Below are positions 9,392 to 18,206 of a stretch of 64,000 nt of DNA, piece after piece. The notes beneath the pieces were generated by a model, which saw nothing but the letters and a program-made list of their open reading frames with translations, did no database searches and was not told the DNA's origin. The position numbers and the translations under genes were made by a program. Position 1 is the first letter of the stretch; every line of letters starts with the position of its first letter. Source of the stretch: an uncultured bacterium (GTDB lineage Bacteria > Actinomycetota > Thermoleophilia > Solirubrobacterales > 70-9); contig CAVRWX010000010.1 of the NCBI GenBank assembly GCA_963725035.1, positions 124,854 through 188,853 on the forward strand. The letters run 5' to 3'.

Positions 9392-10812
9392 CTACGTCGT
9401 CACCGATTGGATCGTCGGGCTCGAACTCGTCACGGGGCGGCGGCGCGCTGCTTACGGGCCCTCCGTCGCGCCGATGGCTCTTGGCCAGATTGCGGAAGCG
9501 CGGATAGGGAGCCTGGAAGGCAAGCTCCACCTTGCCGATCGGTCCGTTGCGGTGCTTGGAGATCAGGAGCTCCGCCAGCCCGGCGACGTCGTGGTTCTCC
9601 GGCTCGTAGAACTCCTCGCGGAAGATGAAGCAGACGACGTCTGCAGTCCTGCTCGAGGTTTCCCGATTCGCGAAGGTCGGAGAGCATCGGGCGCTTGTCG
9701 GGACGCTGCTCCGGGGCGCGGGACAGCTGCGAGAGTCCGAGTACCGGCACGTCCAGCTCGCTGGCGAGGAGCTTCAGGCCACGGGAGATCGAACCAACCT
9801 GCTCGACTCGGCTGATCCGCGGGTCGTCCGGGCGCATCAGCTGCATGTAGTCCACGATGACGAGCCCCAGCCCGCCTGCCTTCGAGTACAGGCGGCGCGC
9901 CTTCGCCCGCAGCTCGAGGATCGAGATATCGGCAGAGGTGTCGATCCAGATCGGCGCCTCCTCGAGCTGGTTCGACGCCTTGAGGATCCGGTTCCAGTCG
10001 TTCTTGATCTGCCCCTTCGCCAGCTTCTTGCCGCCGATTCCCGCGCGGCAGGCAAGGAAGCGGTGGGCGAGCTCCGTCTCGGACATCTCGAGCGAGAAGA
10101 ACGCGACCGGCAGCTTCTTCTCCACCGCCACGAAGTCGGCGATGTTGGCGACGAGCGCGGATTTCCCCATCGACGGCCTGGCCGCGAAGATGACGAGGTT
10201 TCCGGGCTGGAACCCGCCGGTGATCTCGTCGAGGTCCGAGAATCCCGACGGGGTTCCCGTGAGGTCCCTCTTCCCCTCTGAGAGCTCCTCGAGGCGCGTG
10301 GTCTCGCGCTCGAGGATGTCCGCGATCGAGGCGAAGTCCTGCGAGGCCGTGTCGTGTGCGACCTCGAACATCATGCGCTCGGCCTGCTCGACGAGGTCGC
10401 GCGGCTCGCCGCTGCGCTCACGGACCGAGTTCTGGATCTTGTGGGATGCCTCCAGAAGGCGGCGCAGCATCGCGTTCGCCTTGACGATCCGGGCGTAGTG
10501 GTCCGCGTTGCCGGCCACGGGGACCGTCGAGGCGAGGCTGGAGACGAACTCGGGCCCGCCCGACTCGGCGAGCTCGCCGAGGTTCGTCAGCTGCTCGGTG
10601 ACCGTGAGGGCGTCAACGGGCTCGCCGCGGGAGTGCAGCGAGTGGACGGCACCGAAAATGATGCGATGGCGCTGGCGGTAGAAGTCCTCCGACTTCAGGT
10701 GGACGTCCACGATCACCGAGGCCACCGCCGTCTCGGAGACCATCATCGCGCCAAGGACCGACTCCTCGGCTTCGAGATTCTGCGGCGGGACGTACTGGTC
10801 TGCGGTGGTCAT
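9381..10812 (-). CDS. dnaB: replicative DNA helicase DnaB, frame broken as sequenced near 9645
   Basis: The N-terminus PPQNLEAEESVLGAMM and the RecA-like core (ARPSMGKSA) are present. After ...SDLRESGNLEQD the listed ORF turns Arg-rich. Deleting one base gives EQDADVVCFIFREEFY...ISKHRNGPIGKVELAF and a stop at 9381. The span is 1432 nt (3n+1). Confidence 0.9.
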
Positions 10813-11035
10813 CTGGTCCTATTGATTAGAGGGCAGGGATCGGCGGAAATCGCCCCTCCCATGGAAGGTCTCCGATGGAAGCAGAACCTGACCGGCAAGG
10901 CAGGCGTCAAACCCGCTCAGACGGCAAAAAGAAAGTTGAACTTAGGTCGTGATGGGGCGCCGACGTCCGCAGATCGAAACCGCGGTGTTGAGTCGTTAGT
11001 CGCTTTGCATGGAAGGCACCTGGGGTTCAGAACGC

Positions 11036-11151
11036 CGTGTGTGCATCCGCGTTCGCTCAGCGAACGCCGCGGTACACACGAGCAAGGCAGGGGCGGATGG
11101 CCTTCGTGTGTGGCGGAACGTTTCGCTGAGCGGGAGCGGATTACCACACGA
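11036..11151. other. pair of related imperfect hairpins in the 400-nt dnaB / oxidoreductase divergent intergenic region
   Basis: H1 (11036-11080) is CGTGTGT...ACACACG enclosing the perfect palindrome GCGTTCGC-tca-GCGAACGC (11049-11067). H2 (11104-11151) is TCGTGTGTGG...CCACACGA enclosing the degenerate copy CGTTTCGCtgaGCGGGAG. Confidence 0.5.
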
Positions 11152-11234
11152 GGAGATATTGCGCCGCTTCGAAGGCTCGTCGCCTATGTTGTGTCGGTGG
11201 ACCGTCGCCGCCCCCGATGTGGCAGGAGGCGCCG

Positions 11235-12203
11235 ATGAAGGCGGTGGTCTACGAGCGGTACGGGGCGCCCGACGTGCTCCGCATCGAGGACGTGTCGATC
11301 CCGGCGCCGGGTCCCGGCCAGGTACTGGTGAGGGTTGCTGCCACGGCGATCAACCTCAGCGATTGGGAGACGCTGCTCGGGACGCCGGCCTACTCGCGCA
11401 TCGGCGGGCTGCGCGCGCCGCGCCGCCGCACCCTTGGTTCGGATATCGCCGGGCGGGTGGAGGCGGTCGGCGACGGCGTCACGGCGTTCAAGCCGGGCGA
11501 CGACGTGTACGGCGACAACCTTGGTCTCAAGGGCGGCTTTGCCGAGTATGCCGTTGCTCCGGCGTCGGCGCTTGCGGTCAAGCCGGCCCGGCTCAGCTTC
11601 GTGGAGGCTTCTACCATCCCGCAGCCGGGACCGATCGCGCTGCAGGGCACGGCGGGCGCAGGGCGCGGCAGCCGGGTGCTGATCAACGGTGCGGGCGGGG
11701 GCTCGGGATCGTTCGCCATCCAGCTCGCCAAGCGGCTCGGCGCGCACGTCACCGGAGTCGACAATGCCGCCAAGCTCGAGTTCATGCGATCTCTGGGTGC
11801 CGACGCCGCCGTCGACTACCGCAACCACGACTTCACCCGCAGCGGCCAGCGCTACGACCTGATCCTCGACCTGGTCGCCTATCGCTCGATGTTTGCTTAC
11901 CGCCGGGCGTTGGCCAAGGGTGGCCGCTACCGATGCGTCGGTGGCACGACGCGCGCCGTGCTGCGTGCCCTCACGGTCGGCTTCGTGGTCGGCCGCGCGA
12001 CCGGACGGCGCATGGGAGTGCTGGCGGTGAAGGCGGGTCCGGCGCACTTCCGGCCGCTTGCCGACTTGATCGTCGCCGGTGACGTGGCGATCCACATCGA
12101 CCGCACGTTCGACCTCGATGACGTTCCGGCGGCGCTCGCCCACGTCGGCAAGGGCCACGCGCTGGGCAAGGTCGTCGTCACCGTCGACGGCGCCAACGTC
12201 TGA
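11235..12203 (+). CDS. zinc-type alcohol dehydrogenase / NADPH:quinone oxidoreductase family protein
   Basis: ATG 11235 follows a CAGGAGG Shine-Dalgarno. The protein reads MKAVVYERYGAPDVLRIEDV..., with a GAGGGSGSFAIQLAK Rossmann motif. Confidence 0.85.
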   Translation: MKAVVYERYGAPDVLRIEDVSIPAPGPGQVLVRVAATAINLSDWETLLGTPAYSRIGGLRAPRRRTLGSDIAGRVEAVGDGVTAFKPGDDVYGDNLGLKGGFAEYAVAPASALAVKPARLSFVEASTIPQPGPIALQGTAGAGRGSRVLINGAGGGSGSFAIQLAKRLGAHVTGVDNAAKLEFMRSLGADAAVDYRNHDFTRSGQRYDLILDLVAYRSMFAYRRALAKGGRYRCVGGTTRAVLRALTVGFVVGRATGRRMGVLAVKAGPAHFRPLADLIVAGDVAIHIDRTFDLDDVPAALAHVGKGHALGKVVVTVDGANV

Positions 12204-12235
12204 CCGCGGGCGTGCTGGTGTGAGGCCTGGAAGCG

Positions 12236-12688
12236 CTAGTGCGCTTCGGCGACGATCGTCTTGACGCTGGCGGTCTGGCCGCCGCCGAGCTCGACCTCGA
12301 CCATGTAGGTGCCGACCTCGCGGATCGGGTCGTCGAGCTTGATCTTCTTGCGGTCGATCCTGAGGCCGCGGGCCTCGGCGATCGCCTCTGCGATCTCGGC
12401 GTTCGTGACGGAGCCGAAGAGCTTTCCGTCCTCGCCGGCGCGGTGCTGGATCGTCAGCACGGTCTTGGCGAGAAGCGCCGCGGTTTCGCCGGCGCGCTCC
12501 TCCGCCTCCTTGGCCGCCTTCTCGGCGGCCTCGCGGCGCCGCTGAGCCTCTTCGAGTGCGCCGCTGGTCGCGGGCTGGGCGAGCTTGCGCGGGACGAGGA
12601 AGTTCCTGAGGTATCCGGGAGAGACGTCGACGGCGTCCCCGGCCTCGCCAAGGTCCTCAACGTCTTTGAGGAGGATCGCCTGCGCCAC
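12236..12688 (-). CDS. rplI: 50S ribosomal protein L9
   Basis: GTG 12688 lies 10 nt after the rpsR stop. The protein reads AQAILLKDVEDLGEAGDAVDVSPGYLRNFLVPRKLA. The gene order is rpsF-ssb-rpsR-rplI. Confidence 0.9.
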   Translation of the reverse strand: MAQAILLKDVEDLGEAGDAVDVSPGYLRNFLVPRKLAQPATSGALEEAQRRREAAEKAAKEAEERAGETAALLAKTVLTIQHRAGEDGKLFGSVTNAEIAEAIAEARGLRIDRKKIKLDDPIREVGTYMVEVELGGGQTASVKTIVAEAH

Positions 12689-12698
12689 GATTTCGTCT

Positions 12699-13022
12699 CT
12701 AACGCTCGCCGACGTAGGGGAGCATCCCCAGCTCACGCGCCCTCTTCACGGCAAGCGCGAGCTCGCGCTGGTGCTCGCGGGAGAGGCCGGTGACGCGGCG
12801 GGAGCGGACCTTGCCGCGGTCCGAGAGGAAGCGGCGGAGAAGGGTGAGGTCCTTGTAGTCGATCGTCTCCGCATTGATCTTCGTGTACTTGCGCGGGCGG
12901 ATGCGCTCGCCGCGCCTGCCGCCGGGACCGCCGCGGCGCGGACCTGAGCCCGAGCCCGAGCTGGAGCCGGAACGGCTCGACGACTGGCCCTGCTCAGATC
13001 GCGGAGGAGACTTGCGGGCCAC
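12699..13022 (-). CDS. rpsR: 30S ribosomal protein S18 with a Ser/Gly-rich N-terminal extension
   Basis: The protein contains ...[50 protein letters not shown]. Confidence 0.9.
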   Translation of the reverse strand: MARKSPPRSEQGQSSSRSGSSSGSGSGPRRGGPGGRRGERIRPRKYTKINAETIDYKDLTLLRRFLSDRGKVRSRRVTGLSREHQRELALAVKRARELGMLPYVGER

Positions 13023-13109
13023 TTAGAGGGCCCCGTTCTTGGCTTGAAAGCTGGTCATATCGAACGAATGCGCCGCCCGGGCGAAGGGCGACGCGTACGC
13101 ACCAGTATA

Positions 13110-13134
13110 GGGAGGCGCCTTTCCAGCGCCTCCC
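13110..13134. terminator. GC-rich hairpin between ssb and rpsR (possible attenuator or terminator; no U tract)
   Basis: The hairpin is GGGAGGCGC-cctttcca-GCGCCTCCC, a perfect 9-bp stem in a 133-nt intra-operon gap. Confidence 0.3.
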
Positions 13135-13155
13135 AAAGACCTGAAACCCTGAGGC

Positions 13156-13638
13156 CTAGAACGGAATGTCGTCGTCAGACGACGAGCCGACCGACGCGGG
13201 GGCCGGCGAGTCGAAGTCCGACGTGTCGGCCGGAAGGCCGGAGTCGCCGCCGGTGAAGCTCTCGCCGCCGTTGCCGTTGCCGCCGCCACCGCCGCCCGAG
13301 GAGCCGTCGCGGCTGCCGAGGAACTGCACCGTCTCGGCGATGATCTCGACCGCCTGGCGCTTGTTGCCGTCCGTCTCCCACTCGCGCCATTCGAGGCGGC
13401 CCGAGATCGCGACCGGCCGGCCCTTGACGAGGTATGTCGAACAGTTCTCGCCCTGCGCGCCCCAAACGGTCACGTCGAAGTAGTTGGGCTTGTCCTCCCA
13501 CTGGTCGCCGGACTTCCGCCGGGTATTGACGGCGACCCGAAGCTTGCAGACGGGAGTCCCGCTTGGCGTGTGGCGAAGCTCGGGATCGCGGGTGAGGTTT
13601 CCAGTGACTACGACGGAGTTGATGTTGCTTGCGGCCAT
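13156..13638 (-). CDS. ssb: single-stranded DNA-binding protein
   Basis: The OB-fold N-terminus is MAASNINSVVVTGNLTRDPELRHTPSG. It has a Gly-rich linker and an acidic tip ending DDDIPF. Confidence 0.95.
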   Translation of the reverse strand: MAASNINSVVVTGNLTRDPELRHTPSGTPVCKLRVAVNTRRKSGDQWEDKPNYFDVTVWGAQGENCSTYLVKGRPVAISGRLEWREWETDGNKRQAVEIIAETVQFLGSRDGSSGGGGGGNGNGGESFTGGDSGLPADTSDFDSPAPASVGSSSDDDIPF

Positions 13639-13750
13639 GTGGCTGCCCCTTCCAAGTTCTCGAAAACTGGTTCGCTTTCCAGTCTAAGGACGGGGTCGGC
13701 GCGTTCTCGCCCCACCTGACAAAAGAAAGGCGTAAATAGCGGGGTGAGAG

Positions 13751-14422
13751 CTATTCGGCGGGCTGCTCAGGCTCGGCCGGAGCGGCCTCGGGCGCCTCGG
13801 CGGGAGCCTCGGGCGCGTCCGCGGGAGCCTCTGCGACGGGCTCTGCTTCGGCCGGCGCAGCCTCTGCGGGAGGTGCCTCGGCCGGTGCCTCAGCGGGAGG
13901 AGCTTCAGCAGCTGGTGCCTCAGCGGCGGGAGCCTCGGGCGCCGGAGCGTCAGGTGCCGGAGCAGCCGGCGCTGGGGCAGCCTCGGCGTTCGACTGGGCC
14001 GCCTCGGGCTCAGGGCCGCGCGGCGGGCGATCGTCGTAGCCGCCATCCCGGCGTCCACGGCCGCCGCTCGGGCGGTCTGAGCCGGGGGTGAACACAAGCG
14101 GCGCCGGCGGGTCGATCACGGGAGCGCGCGGGTCCACCTTGAAGATCCGGAAGCGAAGGACGCCGTCGGTGATCTTCAGGTTGTGGTTGAGGTCGTCGAG
14201 GACGCCCTTGCCGTTCTCGAAGCGAAAGAAGCGGTAATCCGCCTCGTTGCGCTGATCGATCTCGTAAGACATCTTGCGCGTGCCCCAGGTCCGCTCCTGC
14301 TTGAGCGTCGCGCCTTCCTCGATCCGGCGGCGTGCACTGACCGCGATCTCCTCACGGCGCTCATCGGGCACCTCGGGATCGAGCATCAGAACGAGTTCGT
14401 ATTCAGGGATCAGCTTGGCCAA
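13751..14422 (-). CDS. rpsF: 30S ribosomal protein S6 with a C-terminal Ala/Pro/Glu-rich extension of about 110 aa
   Basis: The S6 core is IPEYELVLMLDPEV...WGTRKMSYEIDQ...YRFFRF...VLRFRIFKV. The tail is APAPAAPAPDAPAPEAPAAEAP.... The start is uncertain: TTG 14422, or GTG 14464 from the ORF track. Confidence 0.85.
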   Translation of the reverse strand: MAKLIPEYELVLMLDPEVPDERREEIAVSARRRIEEGATLKQERTWGTRKMSYEIDQRNEADYRFFRFENGKGVLDDLNHNLKITDGVLRFRIFKVDPRAPVIDPPAPLVFTPGSDRPSGGRGRRDGGYDDRPPRGPEPEAAQSNAEAAPAPAAPAPDAPAPEAPAAEAPAAEAPPAEAPAEAPPAEAAPAEAEPVAEAPADAPEAPAEAPEAAPAEPEQPAE

Positions 14423-14668
14423 AACGGCCGCGGAGGATAGCGGGGGTTCCAGGCCCAAAGCCACGGCAAGGGGGGCGCCACGACGGCCCGCGGGGTTGTC
14501 CGAGTCGCATGGGTAAGCGAACTCGACTAGCGATCAGATGGACGGCGGCGGCGCGCATGGCCGGGTTTTCGGCCCTTGCCGTAGCCGCTCTTGTCCTCGT
14601 GGCACGATCGCTCGAGCCGCCCAAGACTCCGCCCGTGCCGCCCGACGTGGGCCTAGCCCCACTGCAGT

Positions 14669-14882
14669 CACCCACGGCCGCACCCTCCCTCGCGGCCGTG
14701 GGTAGTCGGGCCACCAGCACGCCGGGGGCCGCGGGTGGTCGGGATGCGCCTCCTCGCGGAGCCGTGGGTGGTCGGGATGCCTCCTCCAGGAGGCTAAGGA
14801 AGAACCAGAAACCCGCAGACCCGGGCGGGCGAGCCCGAAATGCACGGCCTCCTGGAGGGGGCGTCCCGACCGCCCGCGGAGC
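14669..14882. repeat. cluster of direct and inverted copies of GCCGYGGGTGGTCGGGATGC-type units (33-nt period)
   Basis: Direct units start at 14695, 14728 and 14761, spaced exactly 33 nt. An inverted copy of the full 33-mer lies at 14848-14882, and an inverted 10-mer CACCCACGGC at 14669-14678. All lie in the 580-nt gap upstream of rpsF. Confidence 0.75.
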
Positions 14883-15048
14883 CCGTGCCGCCATCTGCGC
14901 CCGCTCCGCCGCCTCCCGCTGCGCCAGCCCCGCACCGCGCCGCTCCGTCGCCTCCAGCCCGCCCGCCGGCGCCTTCACCACCTCCTTCGCCACCCCAGCA
15001 ACCCCAGCCACCCGAATTCGGATTCGAGCACTGAAAGGACCACTCTCA

Positions 15049-16626
15049 ATGAAGCGATCGTTCCTGGCAGCCGCCCTCCTGGCAATAGCGCTCTTCGCGG
15101 GCGCAGCGCCCGAGGCCCACGGAGGCACGTACAAGGCAATCCAGTGCTACGAGCGCTCGGGCGCCGGCCACCACGACGTCTCCTACGACTCGAGCTCCGA
15201 GCGCTACCGCTCAAGCGCCGATTGTGAGGGGCAAGGCCTGGGCGTGACGCACAACCCCGGCGCCTCGCGCACCGGAAGCGGCCGCTTCGGCGCTTGGACG
15301 ATCACCGCCCCGGATGGCACCGAGATCGTCCGGGCGGCGGCGCGCGTCAGTGCCTCCAGCCAGAACTCGCACGTCCCGCAGGTCCACATCGGCCTGGAGG
15401 GAGGAGCCAAGGAGCTCCTGGACGGCGTGCGCGGCGACCTCCACACGATCGATTGGGAAGGCGCCGGAGGCAGCTACTTCTCCAGCCGCCTCACCTGCCT
15501 CAGCCGCGAGGACTGCGGCGACGGTCGCGACGCGTACATCTACATGCGGCGCATCGCCCTCACCCTCCGCGACCTCGCCCCACCCACCGTCCAGCTGGGC
15601 GGCACGCTCCTCGAGCCTGGCTCGCGGCGCGGCGATCAGGCGCTCGAGGTGAACGCGGCCGACGCCGGCTCCGGCGTGCGCTCGGTCTCGATCGACCTGA
15701 ACGGCGAGCCGCTCGAGTCGCGAGTCCTCGAATGCGCCGTAAGGGACCGAGTCGCCATGCGCCTGCGGCCCTGCCCGGGCAACGCGACGCCCCAGTTCCA
15801 GGTCGACACCGCGGGCGCGGGCTTTCGCCAGGGCCCGAACGAGCTGCGGGTCTGCGCCGCCGACTTCGCGCCCGAGGCAACGGCCAACCACACCTGCGAG
15901 ACACGAACGGTCCGGATCGACAACGCCTGCCCGATCTCCGGGACACCCGGCTCGGTGCTCCGCGCGCGCTTCAAGGGCGCGGGCGGCCGCATGACAGCCC
16001 CGAGCAACGAGCCGGCCACCGTCATCGGAGCCCTGACCGACGCCGGCGGCCAGCCGGTCCGCGCCGCAGAGGTCTGCGTCGCCACAAGGATCGACACCGA
16101 GGGCCCGCCCGAGCGGGTCATCGCCACCCCCACCACCGGTCCCGACGGCCGCTTCCAGGTCCGCCTGCCCGCAGGCCCAAGCCGCGAAGTCAGAGTCGCC
16201 CACTGGCAAGGCGCCCACGAAGTCACCGAGCGCTTCCTCGATCTCCGCTCAAAAGCCGTCCCCCGCCTGGCCCTCAAGCCAACCCGAGGCCTTTCGAACG
16301 GAGACACGATCCGCTTCGACGTCCGAATCCCCGGCCCAGCCCACATGCATCGCCGAGTCGCCATCCAGGCAAGAGGCACAGGCAAGTGGATCCGAATCGA
16401 AGGAGGCCGAACAGACCGAGGAGGCCGCTGGTCAGGCCACTACCGCTTCCAAAGCACCACCAGCACCCGCCGCTACGCATTCCGAGCAGTAATCCGCCGC
16501 CAACCGGGCTACCCCTACCAACCGGGCCACTCAAAGACCCGCCACGCAACCGTTTCCGGCCCTAGAACGGCTCCGAAAGCAAGCATGGCGAGGACGCAGG
16601 GCGATCGGCGAAACGAGCTTGGGTAA
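15049..16626 (+). CDS. secreted hypothetical protein (525 aa)
   Basis: ATG 15049 follows AAAGGA. It has a textbook signal peptide MKRSFLAAALLAIALFAGAAPEAHG and is Cys-containing and beta-rich. The upstream 180 codons of the listed ORF are low-complexity. Confidence 0.6.
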   Translation: MKRSFLAAALLAIALFAGAAPEAHGGTYKAIQCYERSGAGHHDVSYDSSSERYRSSADCEGQGLGVTHNPGASRTGSGRFGAWTITAPDGTEIVRAAARVSASSQNSHVPQVHIGLEGGAKELLDGVRGDLHTIDWEGAGGSYFSSRLTCLSREDCGDGRDAYIYMRRIALTLRDLAPPTVQLGGTLLEPGSRRGDQALEVNAADAGSGVRSVSIDLNGEPLESRVLECAVRDRVAMRLRPCPGNATPQFQVDTAGAGFRQGPNELRVCAADFAPEATANHTCETRTVRIDNACPISGTPGSVLRARFKGAGGRMTAPSNEPATVIGALTDAGGQPVRAAEVCVATRIDTEGPPERVIATPTTGPDGRFQVRLPAGPSREVRVAHWQGAHEVTERFLDLRSKAVPRLALKPTRGLSNGDTIRFDVRIPGPAHMHRRVAIQARGTGKWIRIEGGRTDRGGRWSGHYRFQSTTSTRRYAFRAVIRRQPGYPYQPGHSKTRHATVSGPRTAPKASMARTQGDRRNELG

Positions 16627-16683
16627 ATCCCAAGTGAGTGGTCGATCGCCCGAGGACGACGCCAGGCGCCGCTTGCAGGCCGC

Positions 16684-18138
16684 TTAGGACTGGCGCTTCG
16701 CTTCGATGTCGTCGAGCTGCTCCTGGATCCAGACCCCGGGATCACGCTCACGAACGATCTCGCGAAGCCGCTGGGCACGCAGACGACGCTCTTCGGGGTC
16801 CATCGTCAACGCACGGTAGATCGTGTCGGCCTGCTCCTGGATGTCGAACGGGTTCACCGAGAGCGTGCAGTCCCCGAGCTCCTCATGGGCGCCCGTGTTC
16901 TCCGACAGCATCACGACCCCGTCGCGCTCGGACACAGCCGGCGCCTCCTTGGCAACCAGGTTCATCCCATCGAAGAGCGACGTCACCATCAGCAGGTCGA
17001 AGTGCTTGTAGCGCGCGACCGCCTCCGGGAAGTTCTCGTAGATCCGCAGGTCGATGGGCATCCAGTCCGTCGTGCCGTGCCGGTGGTTGACGACCGCGAC
17101 CAGCGCCTCGATCCGTTCCATGTACTCCGCGTACTCGGGCACGTCCAGGCGCGACGGCTGAAGGTGTGCGATGAAGGTGACCCGCTCGCGGAACTCGGGA
17201 TGCTGCGTGAGAAACGTGTCGAACGCCGTGAAGCCGCGCAGGATGTTCTTCGAGAGGTCGGCGCGGTCCACCCGGATGATCAGGTGGTCGCGGCGGCGGC
17301 GCAGTAGCTCTTCCTCGTATGCGGCGACCTCGTCGGATGCGGCCGCGCGGTCGAGGCGCTCGGCGTCGATCCCGAGCGGGTAAGCACGGACCCAGGTCTC
17401 GCCGCCCTCGTGAATGACCACCATCCGGTCGTAGTCGACCTCGAGCTCCATCAGGTGCCGGCAGCAGTGGAGGAAGTTCCGGCAGTAGGCATTGGTGTGA
17501 AAGCCGATGATGTCGTTGGCAAGCATGCCCCGGTAGATCTCCTCGCGGATGCGCTGAGGGAGGACCCGCCATGAGTCGGCCTGCGTCCATGGGATATGGA
17601 CGAAGTGCTGGAGGAACACGTCGGGCCGTGCCTCGCGAATGATCCCCGGCGCCGTGTAGAGGTGGTAGTCGTGGAGCATCACGAGGGGTTCTTCCTCGCC
17701 ATCGATCGTGCGGATGACCGCCTCGGCGAGGTCCCGGTTCACGGCCACGTAGCCCTCGTCCCAGGCGTCCGCTTCCTCCTGGCGGATGTCCGGGGCGTTC
17801 GAGAGGTCCCACAGGTAGTGCTGGATGAACCACAGGATCGGGTTCGCGATGACGTTGTAGAAGGCGTCGTAGGCGTCCGGGTCGGACTCGACCAGGAGCA
17901 CCTCGTAGTCCACGCCGTCCAGGTCGATGTGCAGCGGCTCCCCGCCCAGCTCCCGCTCGACCTCTGCGTCCTCCTCGGTCATGGCGGAAGCGATCCAGAG
18001 CGCCCGGCGCTGGGCAACCAGGCCGGTCAGGGCTGTCACCAGGCCGCCGCCGCCTCGGCGCACAACGCGCTGGCCGTCTTCGTCCAGCTCGAACTGGGCG
18101 GGGCCGCGGTTCGAGACGATCACGAGCCGTTCGCTCAT
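16684..18138 (-). CDS. otsA: alpha,alpha-trehalose-phosphate synthase (GT20)
   Basis: The 484-aa protein starts MSERLVIVSNRGPAQFELDEDG...GGGLVTAL and is OtsA-like throughout. Confidence 0.9.
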   Translation of the reverse strand: MSERLVIVSNRGPAQFELDEDGQRVVRRGGGGLVTALTGLVAQRRALWIASAMTEEDAEVERELGGEPLHIDLDGVDYEVLLVESDPDAYDAFYNVIANPILWFIQHYLWDLSNAPDIRQEEADAWDEGYVAVNRDLAEAVIRTIDGEEEPLVMLHDYHLYTAPGIIREARPDVFLQHFVHIPWTQADSWRVLPQRIREEIYRGMLANDIIGFHTNAYCRNFLHCCRHLMELEVDYDRMVVIHEGGETWVRAYPLGIDAERLDRAAASDEVAAYEEELLRRRRDHLIIRVDRADLSKNILRGFTAFDTFLTQHPEFRERVTFIAHLQPSRLDVPEYAEYMERIEALVAVVNHRHGTTDWMPIDLRIYENFPEAVARYKHFDLLMVTSLFDGMNLVAKEAPAVSERDGVVMLSENTGAHEELGDCTLSVNPFDIQEQADTIYRALTMDPEERRLRAQRLREIVRERDPGVWIQEQLDDIEAKRQS

Positions 18139-18206
18139 ACCTCAATGAACCTAGAGCAGACAACCACCGACACCTGCTTCATTCGCGACTTGCGTCGCTC
18201 AAAGAT

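Noticed and set aside
10850-10925. SRP-RNA-like words (GGAAGCAG, AAGGCAGG) in the dnaB upstream region
   Set aside because: I could not fold a helix-8-like stem with a GNRA loop and symmetric loop around them. The resemblance is limited to two short words.
14485-14560. tmRNA, RNase P or 6S RNA candidates in the long rpsF upstream gap
   Set aside because: The region lacks the conserved GGGGCUGA...tRNA-like end of tmRNA and the GAGGAAAGUCCGGGC P4 signature of RNase P. An S6:S18-binding rpsF leader remains possible, but I cannot verify it by eye.
14695-14793. The 33-nt repeats read as a CRISPR array
   Set aside because: The units are contiguous with no spacers, there are only three of them and they are imperfect, and no cas genes are present in the window.
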